Below are positions 37,625-46,275 of a DNA stretch of 46,275 bases, piece after piece. Positions within the stretch are counted from its first letter, which is position 1. Each line of letters opens with the position of its first letter. The DNA comes from Candidatus Sigynarchaeum calidifontis (GTDB lineage: Archaea > Asgardarchaeota > Lokiarchaeia > Sigyniarchaeales > Sigyniarchaeaceae). A program made the translations under genes and the position numbers. The notes below the pieces were generated by a model. That model worked only from the letters and a program-made list of their open reading frames with translations, did not search any database and had not been told where the DNA came from. Where the stretch lies: assembly GCA_030587475.2 (NCBI GenBank), contig JAUQYZ020000146.1:1-46275 (forward strand). Reading direction: 5' to 3'.

Positions 37625-39151
37625 TTAGGCGATCGACTTCAAGTCGGTGAATAGCCCCGCGTCCCTAACCGTCTCGTAAAGTTTCGTGTACACGGCCATG
37701 ATCTGCTTGTATTTTTCTTGTGCGGCCTTGTCAGGCTGGATCTTGTCCTTGATCACGATGAACTCGTTAGCCGCCTTCGATACGTCCTTGAACAGCCCCG
37801 CACCGACCGATGCCAGCAGCGCCGCGCCAACGGCAGTCGATTCCTCGTATTGCGGGCGGGCACAAGGCACGCCGGACACGTCGGCAAGGATCTTGCTCCA
37901 GATCTGGCTCCGGCTCCCGCCGCCCGTGAGCCGCAGCTCGCTCGTGTCGAGCCCCATCTCCTTGAAGATGTCCAGATTCTTCTTTACGTCGAACGACGTG
38001 CCTTCCATGATGGAGCGGTAGATGTCGCCGCGCTGGTGGCCCGCGGCCAGGCCGAAAAGGGTACCCCTCGCGTCTGGATTCCAGTAAGGCGCGCCCGCGC
38101 CGACGATGAACGGCAGGAAGAGCAGGCCCTTGGCACCGACTGGCGATGTTTCGGCCTTCTTGTCGATGACTTGATATGGAGACTTTTTAATGGCAGCAGC
38201 TTCATCGCACTCGGCGTGACCGAGCGTGTCGCGCGCCCAGCGAAGCAGCGAGCCCGTGGAAAACATCGAGGCCTCGACCACGTAGGAATTTTCGATGGCG
38301 GCGCATGAGCACAGCACGCGTGCCTTCGGGTCGAGCTTGACGCTGGCCGCGAAGGAGATCAGGAACGTGCCCGTGCCCATGGTGCACTTGACTCGCCCCT
38401 TCTCGGTCACTCCGACCCCGAGCGCTGCGCATTGCTGGTCGCCCCCACCTGCCACGACGAGCGTGCCCGGATCCAGGCCCGTGCCGGCGCTTGGCAGGAC
38501 GTTTCCCGCGACCTTGCCCGGCGGGAGCGCGTCCGGCAGCTTCGCGACGTCGATTCCCGTTCCCGCGAGCATCTCGTCGCTCCATTCGCGCTTGTTGATG
38601 TCAAAAAGCATCGTGCGCGAAGCGTTCGAATGATCGGTGATGAACTTGCCCGTGAGCTTCTTCACGATGAAATCATGGACGAGGAGAAACTTTGCAGCCT
38701 TGTTGTAGACGTCCGGCCGATTGTTCTTAAACCAGAGGATTTTCGATGCAGAGAAATAGGGATCGATCGTGAGGCCCGCGATCTTATAGACCACATCCTT
38801 GCCAATCTTGTTCCGGATGAAGTCACATTCCCTCGTCGTGCGCCGGTCTTGCCAAACGATGGCATTTGCGAGCGGGTTGCCGTCCACGTCCACGGGAACG
38901 ATGGTCTCCCGCTGGTTGGTAACCGCCACGGCCTTGATATCTTTCGGGTCGGCCTTCGTCTTCCTCAATACCTCGGAGATCATCTCGCGGGTGGTGGACC
39001 ACCACGCGGTCGCATCTTGCTCGACTTCAGCGGGGGATGGATAGAAGCTCGCCCATTCCTTGTACGCGGATCCCTCCATCTTGCCTTTATCGTTGAACAG
39101 CACGGCACGGGTGCCCGTGGTGCCTAGATCTAAAGCCATCACGTGTGTCAT
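37625..39151 (-). CDS. FGGY-family carbohydrate kinase (glycerol kinase/xylulokinase-like)
   Basis: LDLGTTGTRA, TNQRET, NAIVWQDRRT, IDPYFSASK, TDHSNASRTMLF, GDQQ, GTGTF, GAPYW..ARG, TGGG. Confidence 0.92.
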   Translation of the reverse strand: MTHVMALDLGTTGTRAVLFNDKGKMEGSAYKEWASFYPSPAEVEQDATAWWSTTREMISEVLRKTKADPKDIKAVAVTNQRETIVPVDVDGNPLANAIVWQDRRTTRECDFIRNKIGKDVVYKIAGLTIDPYFSASKILWFKNNRPDVYNKAAKFLLVHDFIVKKLTGKFITDHSNASRTMLFDINKREWSDEMLAGTGIDVAKLPDALPPGKVAGNVLPSAGTGLDPGTLVVAGGGDQQCAALGVGVTEKGRVKCTMGTGTFLISFAASVKLDPKARVLCSCAAIENSYVVEASMFSTGSLLRWARDTLGHAECDEAAAIKKSPYQVIDKKAETSPVGAKGLLFLPFIVGAGAPYWNPDARGTLFGLAAGHQRGDIYRSIMEGTSFDVKKNLDIFKEMGLDTSELRLTGGGSRSQIWSKILADVSGVPCARPQYEESTAVGAALLASVGAGLFKDVSKAANEFIVIKDKIQPDKAAQEKYKQIMAVYTKLYETVRDAGLFTDLKSIA

Positions 39152-39239
39152 GTCTTATCGAATACAGATGTGGCCGTGGGTGAAAAAAAGCTATGGGCGC
39201 GTGGATCCGTTTTAATGTGCCGGCCAAGTAAGCAATACC

Positions 39240-40223
39240 ATGGGCAAGAAAACGAGTATTCCGGGCACGAAGGAAACCAAGGTGGCCGCGGCGACGGTGG
39301 CCGGTGGGCCGAAGAACGTTAAGAAGCTACGTTTTGGCGTCACCGTCGACATCCAGGCGGCACTCGAGCTTGCCATGGGTGGAGAGGGCGCGAAATCCGG
39401 GGTTCCCAGGTTCGAGAACATCGACCCGGTCGCAGTCGTCCGCCAGGCATACGAGCGCCACGGCATCAAGGTCATCGAGCTGCCCGCGGACGCCAACTAC
39501 GTGCTCTCGAACATCTTGACGCGTGGCCTCGTTCCCTTGAGCAAACTCCGCGACGAGCTCGGCGTCGAGTACACGATCCACCTTCCATTCTTTAACCTGG
39601 CCCTGTGCTCGCTCAACCAGCACATTCGCGCCGCGAGCATCGAGACCATCGTCGAGAACATCAAGGCTTGCGAGCAAATAGGCGGGATCAACAACTACGT
39701 GCTGCACGTCACGGGTGACATCGAAGACTCGATAAATTCGTTCGACATCGATATGCACTACAAGGAACTCGCGTGGGGCTACTTCCTCGACAAGGGGTAC
39801 CAGTCCCTGGAAGAGATCATCTCCCGGACGGGCGTCGCACCCGCCAAGATCTGCGTGGAAAACATGGAGGGCGTGCCGTTTTCCAGGACGTGCGATATCC
39901 TCGTGAACGACCTTGGCGTGTCGATCTGCCTTGACGTGGGACACGCCATCCTCCAGGGGGAGGAGCACCCCGTCGACTTCATGACGCGGTGGAAGGACAA
40001 GGTGCACGAGATCCACCTCCACAACGTGCTGCAGAAGATCTACCAGCGTCGGGTCCGGGTCTACGATGATCACCATAGCATCAAGCATGGCGTGCTCGAG
40101 GTGGTCGCCTTCCTCCACCATCTCGAAGCAATGGCCTTCAAGCACCCCGTGCTTCTCGAGATCGAGAAACAGCTAGAGGTCGCAGAATCGATCGCGTACC
40201 TGCGCGAAATGGGTTTTTTATGA
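39240..40223 (+). CDS. AP endonuclease 2/sugar-phosphate isomerase TIM-barrel protein (CbiR-like)
   Basis: TIHLPF, YVLH, CVENM, CLDVGH, EIHLH, DDH and LLE metal-binding pattern. Confidence 0.8.
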   Translation: MGKKTSIPGTKETKVAAATVAGGPKNVKKLRFGVTVDIQAALELAMGGEGAKSGVPRFENIDPVAVVRQAYERHGIKVIELPADANYVLSNILTRGLVPLSKLRDELGVEYTIHLPFFNLALCSLNQHIRAASIETIVENIKACEQIGGINNYVLHVTGDIEDSINSFDIDMHYKELAWGYFLDKGYQSLEEIISRTGVAPAKICVENMEGVPFSRTCDILVNDLGVSICLDVGHAILQGEEHPVDFMTRWKDKVHEIHLHNVLQKIYQRRVRVYDDHHSIKHGVLEVVAFLHHLEAMAFKHPVLLEIEKQLEVAESIAYLREMGFL

Positions 40224-40390
40224 AGGTTTCCTAATTTCATTTGCTTCCCTTTTCACCTTTACTTCAATCCTGGCCTTCAACTTGGTACCGGCGCAAGCTT
40301 GAACGAAATCAATAGATATGCTTTTATTCGGCAGCAGTAATTGCCATGTGCGCACGAGAGCTATTATTGATACTATGAGGCATAAATGCA

Positions 40391-41023
40391 ATGGACATCG
40401 AAAAATCGAAAAAACTATACTCGCTCGTCTGGCTTTTCGCGTTGATCGACATCGCGCTTGCAGCAGCCATGATATTATTCGTCGTACTTGAACGGTACCC
40501 GACATATCTATACGGTTTTATACCCGTCCAGCAAATTACCATCAGCATGGCGATCCCGACGGCGGGAGTGGCCGTCGTGGCGATGATCGCTGCCATGCAA
40601 GGAAAAGCAAAGGTATCGGAAGACGAGAAGACCGTCTTCATCATCGCGATCTTGTCGCTGATGTTCATGGGCGCTTGCGCGGGCCTTTTCGGCTACTTGA
40701 TCGGCCCCGCGGCCAACACGGTCGGTCCGCTCGACCACGTCATCACCCACGAAGAAAGCGATCCCAATTACGCGCTTGCAGTCCAAAGCCTGCCCCTCGC
40801 CGTTCTATGCCTTCTCATGGCCATTGCAGGAACGGGACTGAGCGCGCTCGGGACGGTCGCGAGCATCTTGAACATCGTAAACATCAAGATGGGGCAAACC
40901 GCTGCCCGGCCGGGCACGAGCCCGCCACCGAGTACCGGGCCGAAATCTAATTTTTGCGCTTCGTGCGGCGCCTCGCTCGACAGCGGGGCGAAGTTCTGCA
41001 AAAAATGCGGAAAACCAGCCTGA
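40391..41023 (+). CDS. 4-TM membrane protein with a C-terminal double Zn ribbon
   Basis: Four hydrophobic helices, a Pro-rich linker, then CASCGASLDSGAKFCKKCGK. Confidence 0.8.
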   Translation: MDIEKSKKLYSLVWLFALIDIALAAAMILFVVLERYPTYLYGFIPVQQITISMAIPTAGVAVVAMIAAMQGKAKVSEDEKTVFIIAILSLMFMGACAGLFGYLIGPAANTVGPLDHVITHEESDPNYALAVQSLPLAVLCLLMAIAGTGLSALGTVASILNIVNIKMGQTAARPGTSPPPSTGPKSNFCASCGASLDSGAKFCKKCGKPA

Positions 41024-41075
41024 TATCCCAATTTTAATGCTTTTTTTTCATTTTTGGGAAAAAAGGAGTGATAAT

Positions 41076-42998
41076 TCAGAAAATCCGGGGCACCACGGTC
41101 ACGTAGACGAGGGACAAGATCAAGCCAAGCACGACCGCCGCGCCTGGCAAGTTTCTCGTGAATTTCGTCGTGATCAAGGCCATTAAAACGAAGCCGGCAA
41201 TGATCCCCAAGCTCAGAATTGTAAGCAGTTCCTTGAACATGAATTGCAGGCTCCCGATCGTCCGCAAGTCATAATCGGGCAATCCGATGTTGAACAGGAC
41301 CGTCCCGCAAGTATGAATGCCACCAACGAGGAAAGCCATGAAAATCGCCTTGATAAACCAGTTGTTAAAAAGTTTTTTGAGTTTCTTGGGCTTTACGATA
41401 TCCACGAGAAGCTTGTATAACTCCTGGAAGTAGGTCGCGTCGATGAGCAAGAGTGCGACTATCCCGGGAAGGATGTACCAGAACAAGACGGGTAAAAATA
41501 TGCCCGTGGCTCCTTGAAAAACGTACGGGACGACGGTCATCCTGGAATACACCCGCGTGGTGAGCAAATTGTAAAGCCCCACGTAGATCCCGAACGCTGC
41601 GAACGCCGCTCCCACGGACACGATGGTCTGCCGGCCAGTCAAACCGAGCTCGCCGTACCACGATGACGACCGCTCGCCCCTCGCCTTTATGATCGCCACC
41701 GGAATGAGGGGCAAGATGGGGAAGATGATTGTCTTCAGCACGAGCGAGATGGGCGACGCGAGGGACACGAACCCGACGATCACGAAGCTCGCGATGTACA
41801 CCCCGATGTAGACCACTTGGCGAATCAAGGCTCTTGATGCAGCGAGTTGGGCTTGTTGCGCGGGCGTGATGACGGCCGGTTCTGCAGCTTTTTTCGCCTT
41901 GGAAGCGCGTTCGGTGGCTTTTTGCCATACAAGCTGCAGCGTGAGCACGATCGTGAAGAACGCGAACACGGTGGTCACAAGCAAGGCGATGTACATGGCC
42001 TTGTACGCGTCGTTCATCGAGGTACCGATCGCGTCCCGCTCGAACAGGAGTACTTGGTCGTACGTCCGGCTCGTGTCGTGTCGCAAGTGCTCGTCGTACC
42101 AGAGCGTCGCGTTGGCAAGCGCAGCTTCGAAACAAGTGCGCGAGGTGTTCAAGGGGTAGGGATCCGAGAGGTCGTGGCCGGAATGGTAGGTAAGGAACTT
42201 GTAATCAGTCCGGTTTCCAAACGGGTTCACCGTGGCGTTGAGATCCAGGGCGTGGACGATCGGCACGGACGTGTCGTTCCAGCCGTGGATGATCATAAGG
42301 TTGCGGGGATTCGTGGAGTTGCATTGTATCAACGGCGTGCGGATGTCGATCTCTGTCTGATTGTTCAGGTCAACCGGACTGCCGATCAAGCTCATCCTGA
42401 ACCACTCGGTCGCGAGCACGCGGCTCATGTTCGATGGCCCCGATGCCTCGACCGTGCAATTAATCCGGGAATCTTTTGCCCCAAGCAGCAGGGCGAGCAA
42501 AGCACCCATGGAGTGGCCGAACACGCCAACCGCCGACTTGTTCACCATGGGAAGATGCGTGGAGGATTTGACCCAGGTGATCAAATCTTGCAAGTCCTTG
42601 ACGTCATCGACACCGAAGCTGAAGGGGCCCGTGTGGGAATTCTGGCCGCGCGTGTCGGGGACGAACACGACGTAACCGTTCGCCGCTATGGTAAGGGCTT
42701 GCGTCAAGATCAATTCCTTGCTGCTGCCAAGCCCGTGAATGACCAGAACGAACGGTACGCTGCCGGCTGGCTCACCCTTCACGTTGTCCGGCACGATCTC
42801 GTACATCTGGTAGCTGTACCCGTCGAACGTCGACATGGTTCGAAGATTGATGGTAAAACCGCTCGCGTACCGGTCAGCCAGCTGCGTCGCCGCTCCCCAG
42901 CATAGTATAGTCACCCCAAAGCTCGCGGCGAGGCAGATGCCGACCACGATAGCCGCTCGCCTCTGGGATTTGCCGTTTCGAGACTCTTTCCCGTTCAT
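41076..42998 (-). CDS. Membrane-anchored alpha/beta hydrolase with a multi-TM C-terminal region
   Basis: N-terminal TM, IHGLG, nucleophile GHSMG, HGWNDTSV and SGH (Ser-Asp-His triad), then about 8 TM helices. The ORF extends to 43031. Confidence 0.88.
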   Translation of the reverse strand: MNGKESRNGKSQRRAAIVVGICLAASFGVTILCWGAATQLADRYASGFTINLRTMSTFDGYSYQMYEIVPDNVKGEPAGSVPFVLVIHGLGSSKELILTQALTIAANGYVVFVPDTRGQNSHTGPFSFGVDDVKDLQDLITWVKSSTHLPMVNKSAVGVFGHSMGALLALLLGAKDSRINCTVEASGPSNMSRVLATEWFRMSLIGSPVDLNNQTEIDIRTPLIQCNSTNPRNLMIIHGWNDTSVPIVHALDLNATVNPFGNRTDYKFLTYHSGHDLSDPYPLNTSRTCFEAALANATLWYDEHLRHDTSRTYDQVLLFERDAIGTSMNDAYKAMYIALLVTTVFAFFTIVLTLQLVWQKATERASKAKKAAEPAVITPAQQAQLAASRALIRQVVYIGVYIASFVIVGFVSLASPISLVLKTIIFPILPLIPVAIIKARGERSSSWYGELGLTGRQTIVSVGAAFAAFGIYVGLYNLLTTRVYSRMTVVPYVFQGATGIFLPVLFWYILPGIVALLLIDATYFQELYKLLVDIVKPKKLKKLFNNWFIKAIFMAFLVGGIHTCGTVLFNIGLPDYDLRTIGSLQFMFKELLTILSLGIIAGFVLMALITTKFTRNLPGAAVVLGLILSLVYVTVVPRIF

Positions 42999-43058
42999 GC
43001 ATAGGAGTTCGTAGTTGGCTTTGAAAAGCACATCGCTTGGCGCGCGAGGAGGATCGGC

Positions 43059-43760
43059 TCATCGAAACGCGTCGAGGCTGGAAAAGCCGCCCGTGCCCTT
43101 ACGCGAAGGAGCGCTCTTCTCCACGCCGTCCCGCTGGGGCCGCTGGCTTTTTTTAACGGGGGAGGGTGGCGGCGTGTTCTCGACGATTTCGCGAGCTCGA
43201 TCGACGAGGTACCGGTCGGCAACAGACTCATTGCGATGTTGTGGAATGTCGATGCGCGTCAAGTGCGGCTCCTGTTTTACAAGACAAGTCAGCGCCATGA
43301 TGCGGTGCTCGTGGACGTGTCCCTCGAGCACGTTCGGTTCCAGCTCGGCACCCCCGATCTGGATATTCTTCATCTCCAGGTATTTCTCGACGAACGCGCG
43401 CCCCTTGTCCGTGAGCATGTACCCCGCCGTCTTGTTGCCGTTGGTAGTAACCAGCTGCTCGATGAGAAGGGCTTTCTTGAGTTCCTTGAGATGATAATCG
43501 AGATCCGACGTGGAAATGCTGTTTTTTTTTGAATCGATCGCGTGTTGTATGGCTGAAAACGGTTGCAGCGCTTCCCCCATCAAGCGTGCGTGGTTCAAGA
43601 ATTCCAGCGTGGCCGCCCTGACCCGGTGCGATATTATCAGCAGTATATGATCCACCTGGGGCTGATACGTGCCTTTATGCCGATCCGGGGGTACCAGGAG
43701 CCGCTTCCGTCTGACCGCAACCATCGCGCATCGGTTACCTTTGAACGTGATCCATGTCAC
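43059..43760 (-). CDS. Winged-helix (ArsR-like) domain protein with a disordered C-terminal tail
   Basis: ISHRVRAATLEFL...FSAIQ...STSDLDYHLKELKKALLIEQ...YMLTDKG. ATG 43724 is an alternative start. Confidence 0.7.
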   Translation of the reverse strand: MTWITFKGNRCAMVAVRRKRLLVPPDRHKGTYQPQVDHILLIISHRVRAATLEFLNHARLMGEALQPFSAIQHAIDSKKNSISTSDLDYHLKELKKALLIEQLVTTNGNKTAGYMLTDKGRAFVEKYLEMKNIQIGGAELEPNVLEGHVHEHRIMALTCLVKQEPHLTRIDIPQHRNESVADRYLVDRAREIVENTPPPSPVKKSQRPQRDGVEKSAPSRKGTGGFSSLDAFR

Positions 43761-43987
43761 ATATGCTTCTCGTCGCCATAAGAACGTTGCGCCGATATAC
43801 GTGCAACTATACAGCGCGTGTCGTTCACCACGATGGCCGTGTCGTCGTGACCGACAAAAATATTGGATGTCAAGCCGGTCATGTCCCTATACCGCGTGTT
43901 CTTGCGAAACGGCATTCCTTTAAAACTTAGCCGCTGACATAAAAAAGAAACAAGTTTTCTCTTCGAGCTACACACGGATGATCCACG

Positions 43988-45307
43988 ATGGCTGAAACGA
44001 AATCCCCCAGAATCACCGGAGAACCGAATCAATCGCATTCCATGACGATCCCCGTCGATGAAAGGCAAATCCACATAGAAAAACCCGATGTGGTCGCGAT
44101 CGTGAAGGTGGATGATTACACCCCGACCGCCGTGAAGACAGGACTCCAGCGGTTGCTCGATCTACTCGATCCCTCCTTCATGAAAAATTCGCTCGATGGG
44201 AAGACCGTTCTCTTGAAGGTCAATAGCATAGCACCGAAAGCGCTCGCATGTACCAGCCCGGTCGTTGTCGAGGAGCTGGGCAAGATATTGCAAGGTAAAG
44301 GCTGCAAGAACGTGCTCGTGGGCGATTCGAATTTCAACAAGGTGGTCACGTCCGTGACACTCAAGACCGTAGGCTTCAATGCTGTCGCCGAGCGGCTCGG
44401 AAATCCGGCGATTAATTTCTTCGATCATGGCTGGGTTCCTGTTTCGCACGTGTCATTCCTGGCCGAGAAGATCTTGAGCATCCCGGAACCCGTGGCCAAG
44501 GCAGACATCGTGATCAACTTGCCACGGATGAAAACCCACGCGGGCTTCGTATTTACCGGGGCGATCAAGAATTTCTTCGGTCTCCACGCGCACAAGAACC
44601 GGATGCACTTGATCCACAAGGACAAGGTCGATTTTCAGCACTTGCTCGGCGACATCAACCAGGCAGTGCTCGTGTCCGCGCCGGGAACGGCGACCAAGCC
44701 CGTCTTGCACCTGATGGACGGCATCGTTGGGATGGACGGCAAGGGGCCGGCTGGAGGCAAGGCACGGGCGTTCAATGTCTTGATCGGCTCGTTCTCGCCC
44801 GTCGCGGTGGACGTGGTCGCGTACACGCTCATGGGCGGGAATCCGTCCGACTTGGAGGCGATCCAGTCGCTGGGCAAGCGGAACGGCTGGCCAACCACCA
44901 TGGATCGATTGCATATCGTCGGTGACGACTGGAAGCCCCTCGTCCAGAAGGCATCGCTGCCACCACTTTCGGTGCTCCGCAGCGGGGCGCAAGGCGAGGC
45001 CAGCGCGAGCAGCTTCATGATGTGGGCAACGCAGGTCGTCATCCGGGTCAACCAGCGGCGCTGCAAGAAGTGCTTGACTTGCGTGAAGCATTGCCCGGTC
45101 CAGGCATTGTCCAAGCAAGGAAACAAGATCGTGCTCGACAGCTCGAAATGCATAAGTTGTTTCTGCTGCGGCGAGTGCTGCCCGAACGACGCGCTCGTCT
45201 CGCGCATCCGCCTTAGCGAGGTACTAGAAAAGGTGCTTATCGCGTCCTTGATCGTCGCCGTTATCGTGATCATCCTTGTCTTGTTTGCAACGCTCCCCTA
45301 CACGTGA
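43988..45307 (+). CDS. DUF362 domain protein with a 2x[4Fe-4S] ferredoxin domain and a C-terminal TM helix
   Basis: VLLKVN, INLPRMKTH..FTGAIKNFFG, LMDGIVGMDGKGP, PVAVD, CKKCLTCVKHCP and CISCFCCGECCP, hydrophobic C-terminus. Confidence 0.9.
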   Translation: MAETKSPRITGEPNQSHSMTIPVDERQIHIEKPDVVAIVKVDDYTPTAVKTGLQRLLDLLDPSFMKNSLDGKTVLLKVNSIAPKALACTSPVVVEELGKILQGKGCKNVLVGDSNFNKVVTSVTLKTVGFNAVAERLGNPAINFFDHGWVPVSHVSFLAEKILSIPEPVAKADIVINLPRMKTHAGFVFTGAIKNFFGLHAHKNRMHLIHKDKVDFQHLLGDINQAVLVSAPGTATKPVLHLMDGIVGMDGKGPAGGKARAFNVLIGSFSPVAVDVVAYTLMGGNPSDLEAIQSLGKRNGWPTTMDRLHIVGDDWKPLVQKASLPPLSVLRSGAQGEASASSFMMWATQVVIRVNQRRCKKCLTCVKHCPVQALSKQGNKIVLDSSKCISCFCCGECCPNDALVSRIRLSEVLEKVLIASLIVAVIVIILVLFATLPYT

Positions 45308-45315
45308 GAAACGGC

Positions 45316-45825
45316 TCACATGCGCCCGCCGCAGTGCGGACATTCCATCAATCCTTGATCCACGAGGGTCCCGCACCAGCTACACCTGACCTTGACGATC
45401 TCCTTGATGATGACTTGTTCTTTCTCGATAACTTGCGCCGGGGCCGAGATCCCACGGGGCCGGTCTGTCGTCAATGCTTGGTTTTGGACCGGATTTTGTA
45501 CGGGCGGCCCGCTTGCGATCGGCGCACTGGACATCACCGAACGCGGTCTCGCGTCGGTCATTGGCGCCACTGGTGCCACCGGAGGAGGAATTGCACTCGT
45601 TGGAACTACTTTTTTGCCCTTGATTTTTATTATAGTCGAAATGGAAGACAGAATGACGAGCCCAAGAATTACTACCAGACTATAATAGACTATCAAGGCT
45701 ATCGTTTCGTCACCTTCAAACGTGGCATAGAAGAGCGTGTCGCCGTAGGAAAGGAAAATCACCTCGAGGAGACCGCAAAAAACGATCGAAAAAATGGCGT
45801 TGTTCAAACGCGTGTTCGTTGTCAT
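45316..45825 (-). CDS. 2-TM protein with a Pro-rich linker and a C-terminal double Zn ribbon
   Basis: Two TM helices and the tail IIKEIVKVRCSWCGTLVDQGLMECPHCGGRM. Confidence 0.8.
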   Translation of the reverse strand: MTTNTRLNNAIFSIVFCGLLEVIFLSYGDTLFYATFEGDETIALIVYYSLVVILGLVILSSISTIIKIKGKKVVPTSAIPPPVAPVAPMTDARPRSVMSSAPIASGPPVQNPVQNQALTTDRPRGISAPAQVIEKEQVIIKEIVKVRCSWCGTLVDQGLMECPHCGGRM

Positions 45826-46088
45826 CGGTTTTCATGTCACCATTTCGTACATGTTTCCATGATGAAGAGTTGCCTTCCTAAAGAAGGAACGGGTTGTTGT
45901 TTGCCCCGGATCGAACCGTGTATCAACAGACCTTCTAACATGGCTGAACAAGCCCCATTTCATGAGAACTGGTTATAAACGCCCCGCACAATTCGGGCAC
46001 TCCGCCAATCCTTGATCCACGAGGGTCCCGCACCAGCTACACCGAACCTTGACGATCTCCTTGATGATGACCTTTTCTTTTTCGATAA
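45350..46088. repeat. 82-bp near-identical direct repeat (45350-45431 and 46007-46088)
   Basis: Manual alignment gives 77/82 identical nt. It encodes the shared Zn-ribbon cassette. Confidence 0.92.
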
Positions 46089-46275
46089 TGCGGGGTGAAG
46101 AAGGGGAGAGGGAAGCCCGCGCGGGAACCGGGGGGGCCGGGGACGTCATTGAGCCCGAGACCGGGGGATTCGTTGCAATGTTTTGCACCCGCTGCGCGGT
46201 TCGGGCGGTCGCGCTCGCGCTCGCGGTGGGAACTGGACTAGCCGGTTTTGGCGGAGCATTCTTTTCCGCGATATA
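45973..46275 (-). CDS. Paralogous Pro-rich/double-Zn-ribbon protein, 5'-partial
   Basis: The frame is open to the window end (YIAEKNAPPKPASPVPT...) and ends IIKEIVKVRCSWCGTLVDQGLAECPNCAGRL*. Confidence 0.8.
   Translation of the reverse strand, partial: YIAEKNAPPKPASPVPTASASATARTAQRVQNIATNPPVSGSMTSPAPPVPARASLSPSSPRIIEKEKVIIKEIVKVRCSWCGTLVDQGLAECPNCAGRL

Noticed and set aside
1-46275. tRNA, rRNA, selenoprotein (in-frame TGA) or SECIS elements
   Set aside because: None recognised by eye. tRNAscan-SE and Infernal/Rfam would be needed to exclude small RNAs.

Overview
High-GC archaeal chromosomal segment, most consistent with an Asgard archaeon of the Lokiarchaeia type (inferred from a prenylation-less Rab-like GTPase, an expanded triple-wHTH protein, many Zn-ribbon membrane proteins, IorAB and PlsC homologues). 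The first 10.3 kb is one giant minus-strand ORF missing from the ORF track (ATG at 10309, open to the window edge, at least 3436 aa). It encodes a secreted protein with two FG-GAP beta-propellers carrying inserted LamG-like and lamin-tail domains, a MAM-like domain and about 11 Ig-like repeats. Next come a wHTH regulator, uvrC, a 1090-aa protein of about 11 MIT/TPR-like three-helix modules, a GH39 beta-xylosidase and a decayed toxin-antitoxin cluster with two in-frame TAG codons. The most interesting part is 19.4-27.7 kb. There a ydjG/ydjI (Psp-associated)-like membrane module (Zn-ribbon helical protein, SPFH protein, two YdjG-like Zn-ribbon membrane proteins) contains a Rab-like GTPase. It is abutted by a Pro-rich disordered protein whose C-terminus aligns with the ESCRT-I Vps23/TSG101 steadiness box. 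The rest is metabolic and membrane genes: CoA-transferase-GNAT fusion, active plus degenerate PlsC, IorAB, FGGY kinase, TIM-barrel protein, membrane hydrolase, DUF362 and Zn-ribbon paralogues. No rRNA, tRNA, CRISPR array or transposase was seen. All family calls are motif recognition by eye, not database searches.
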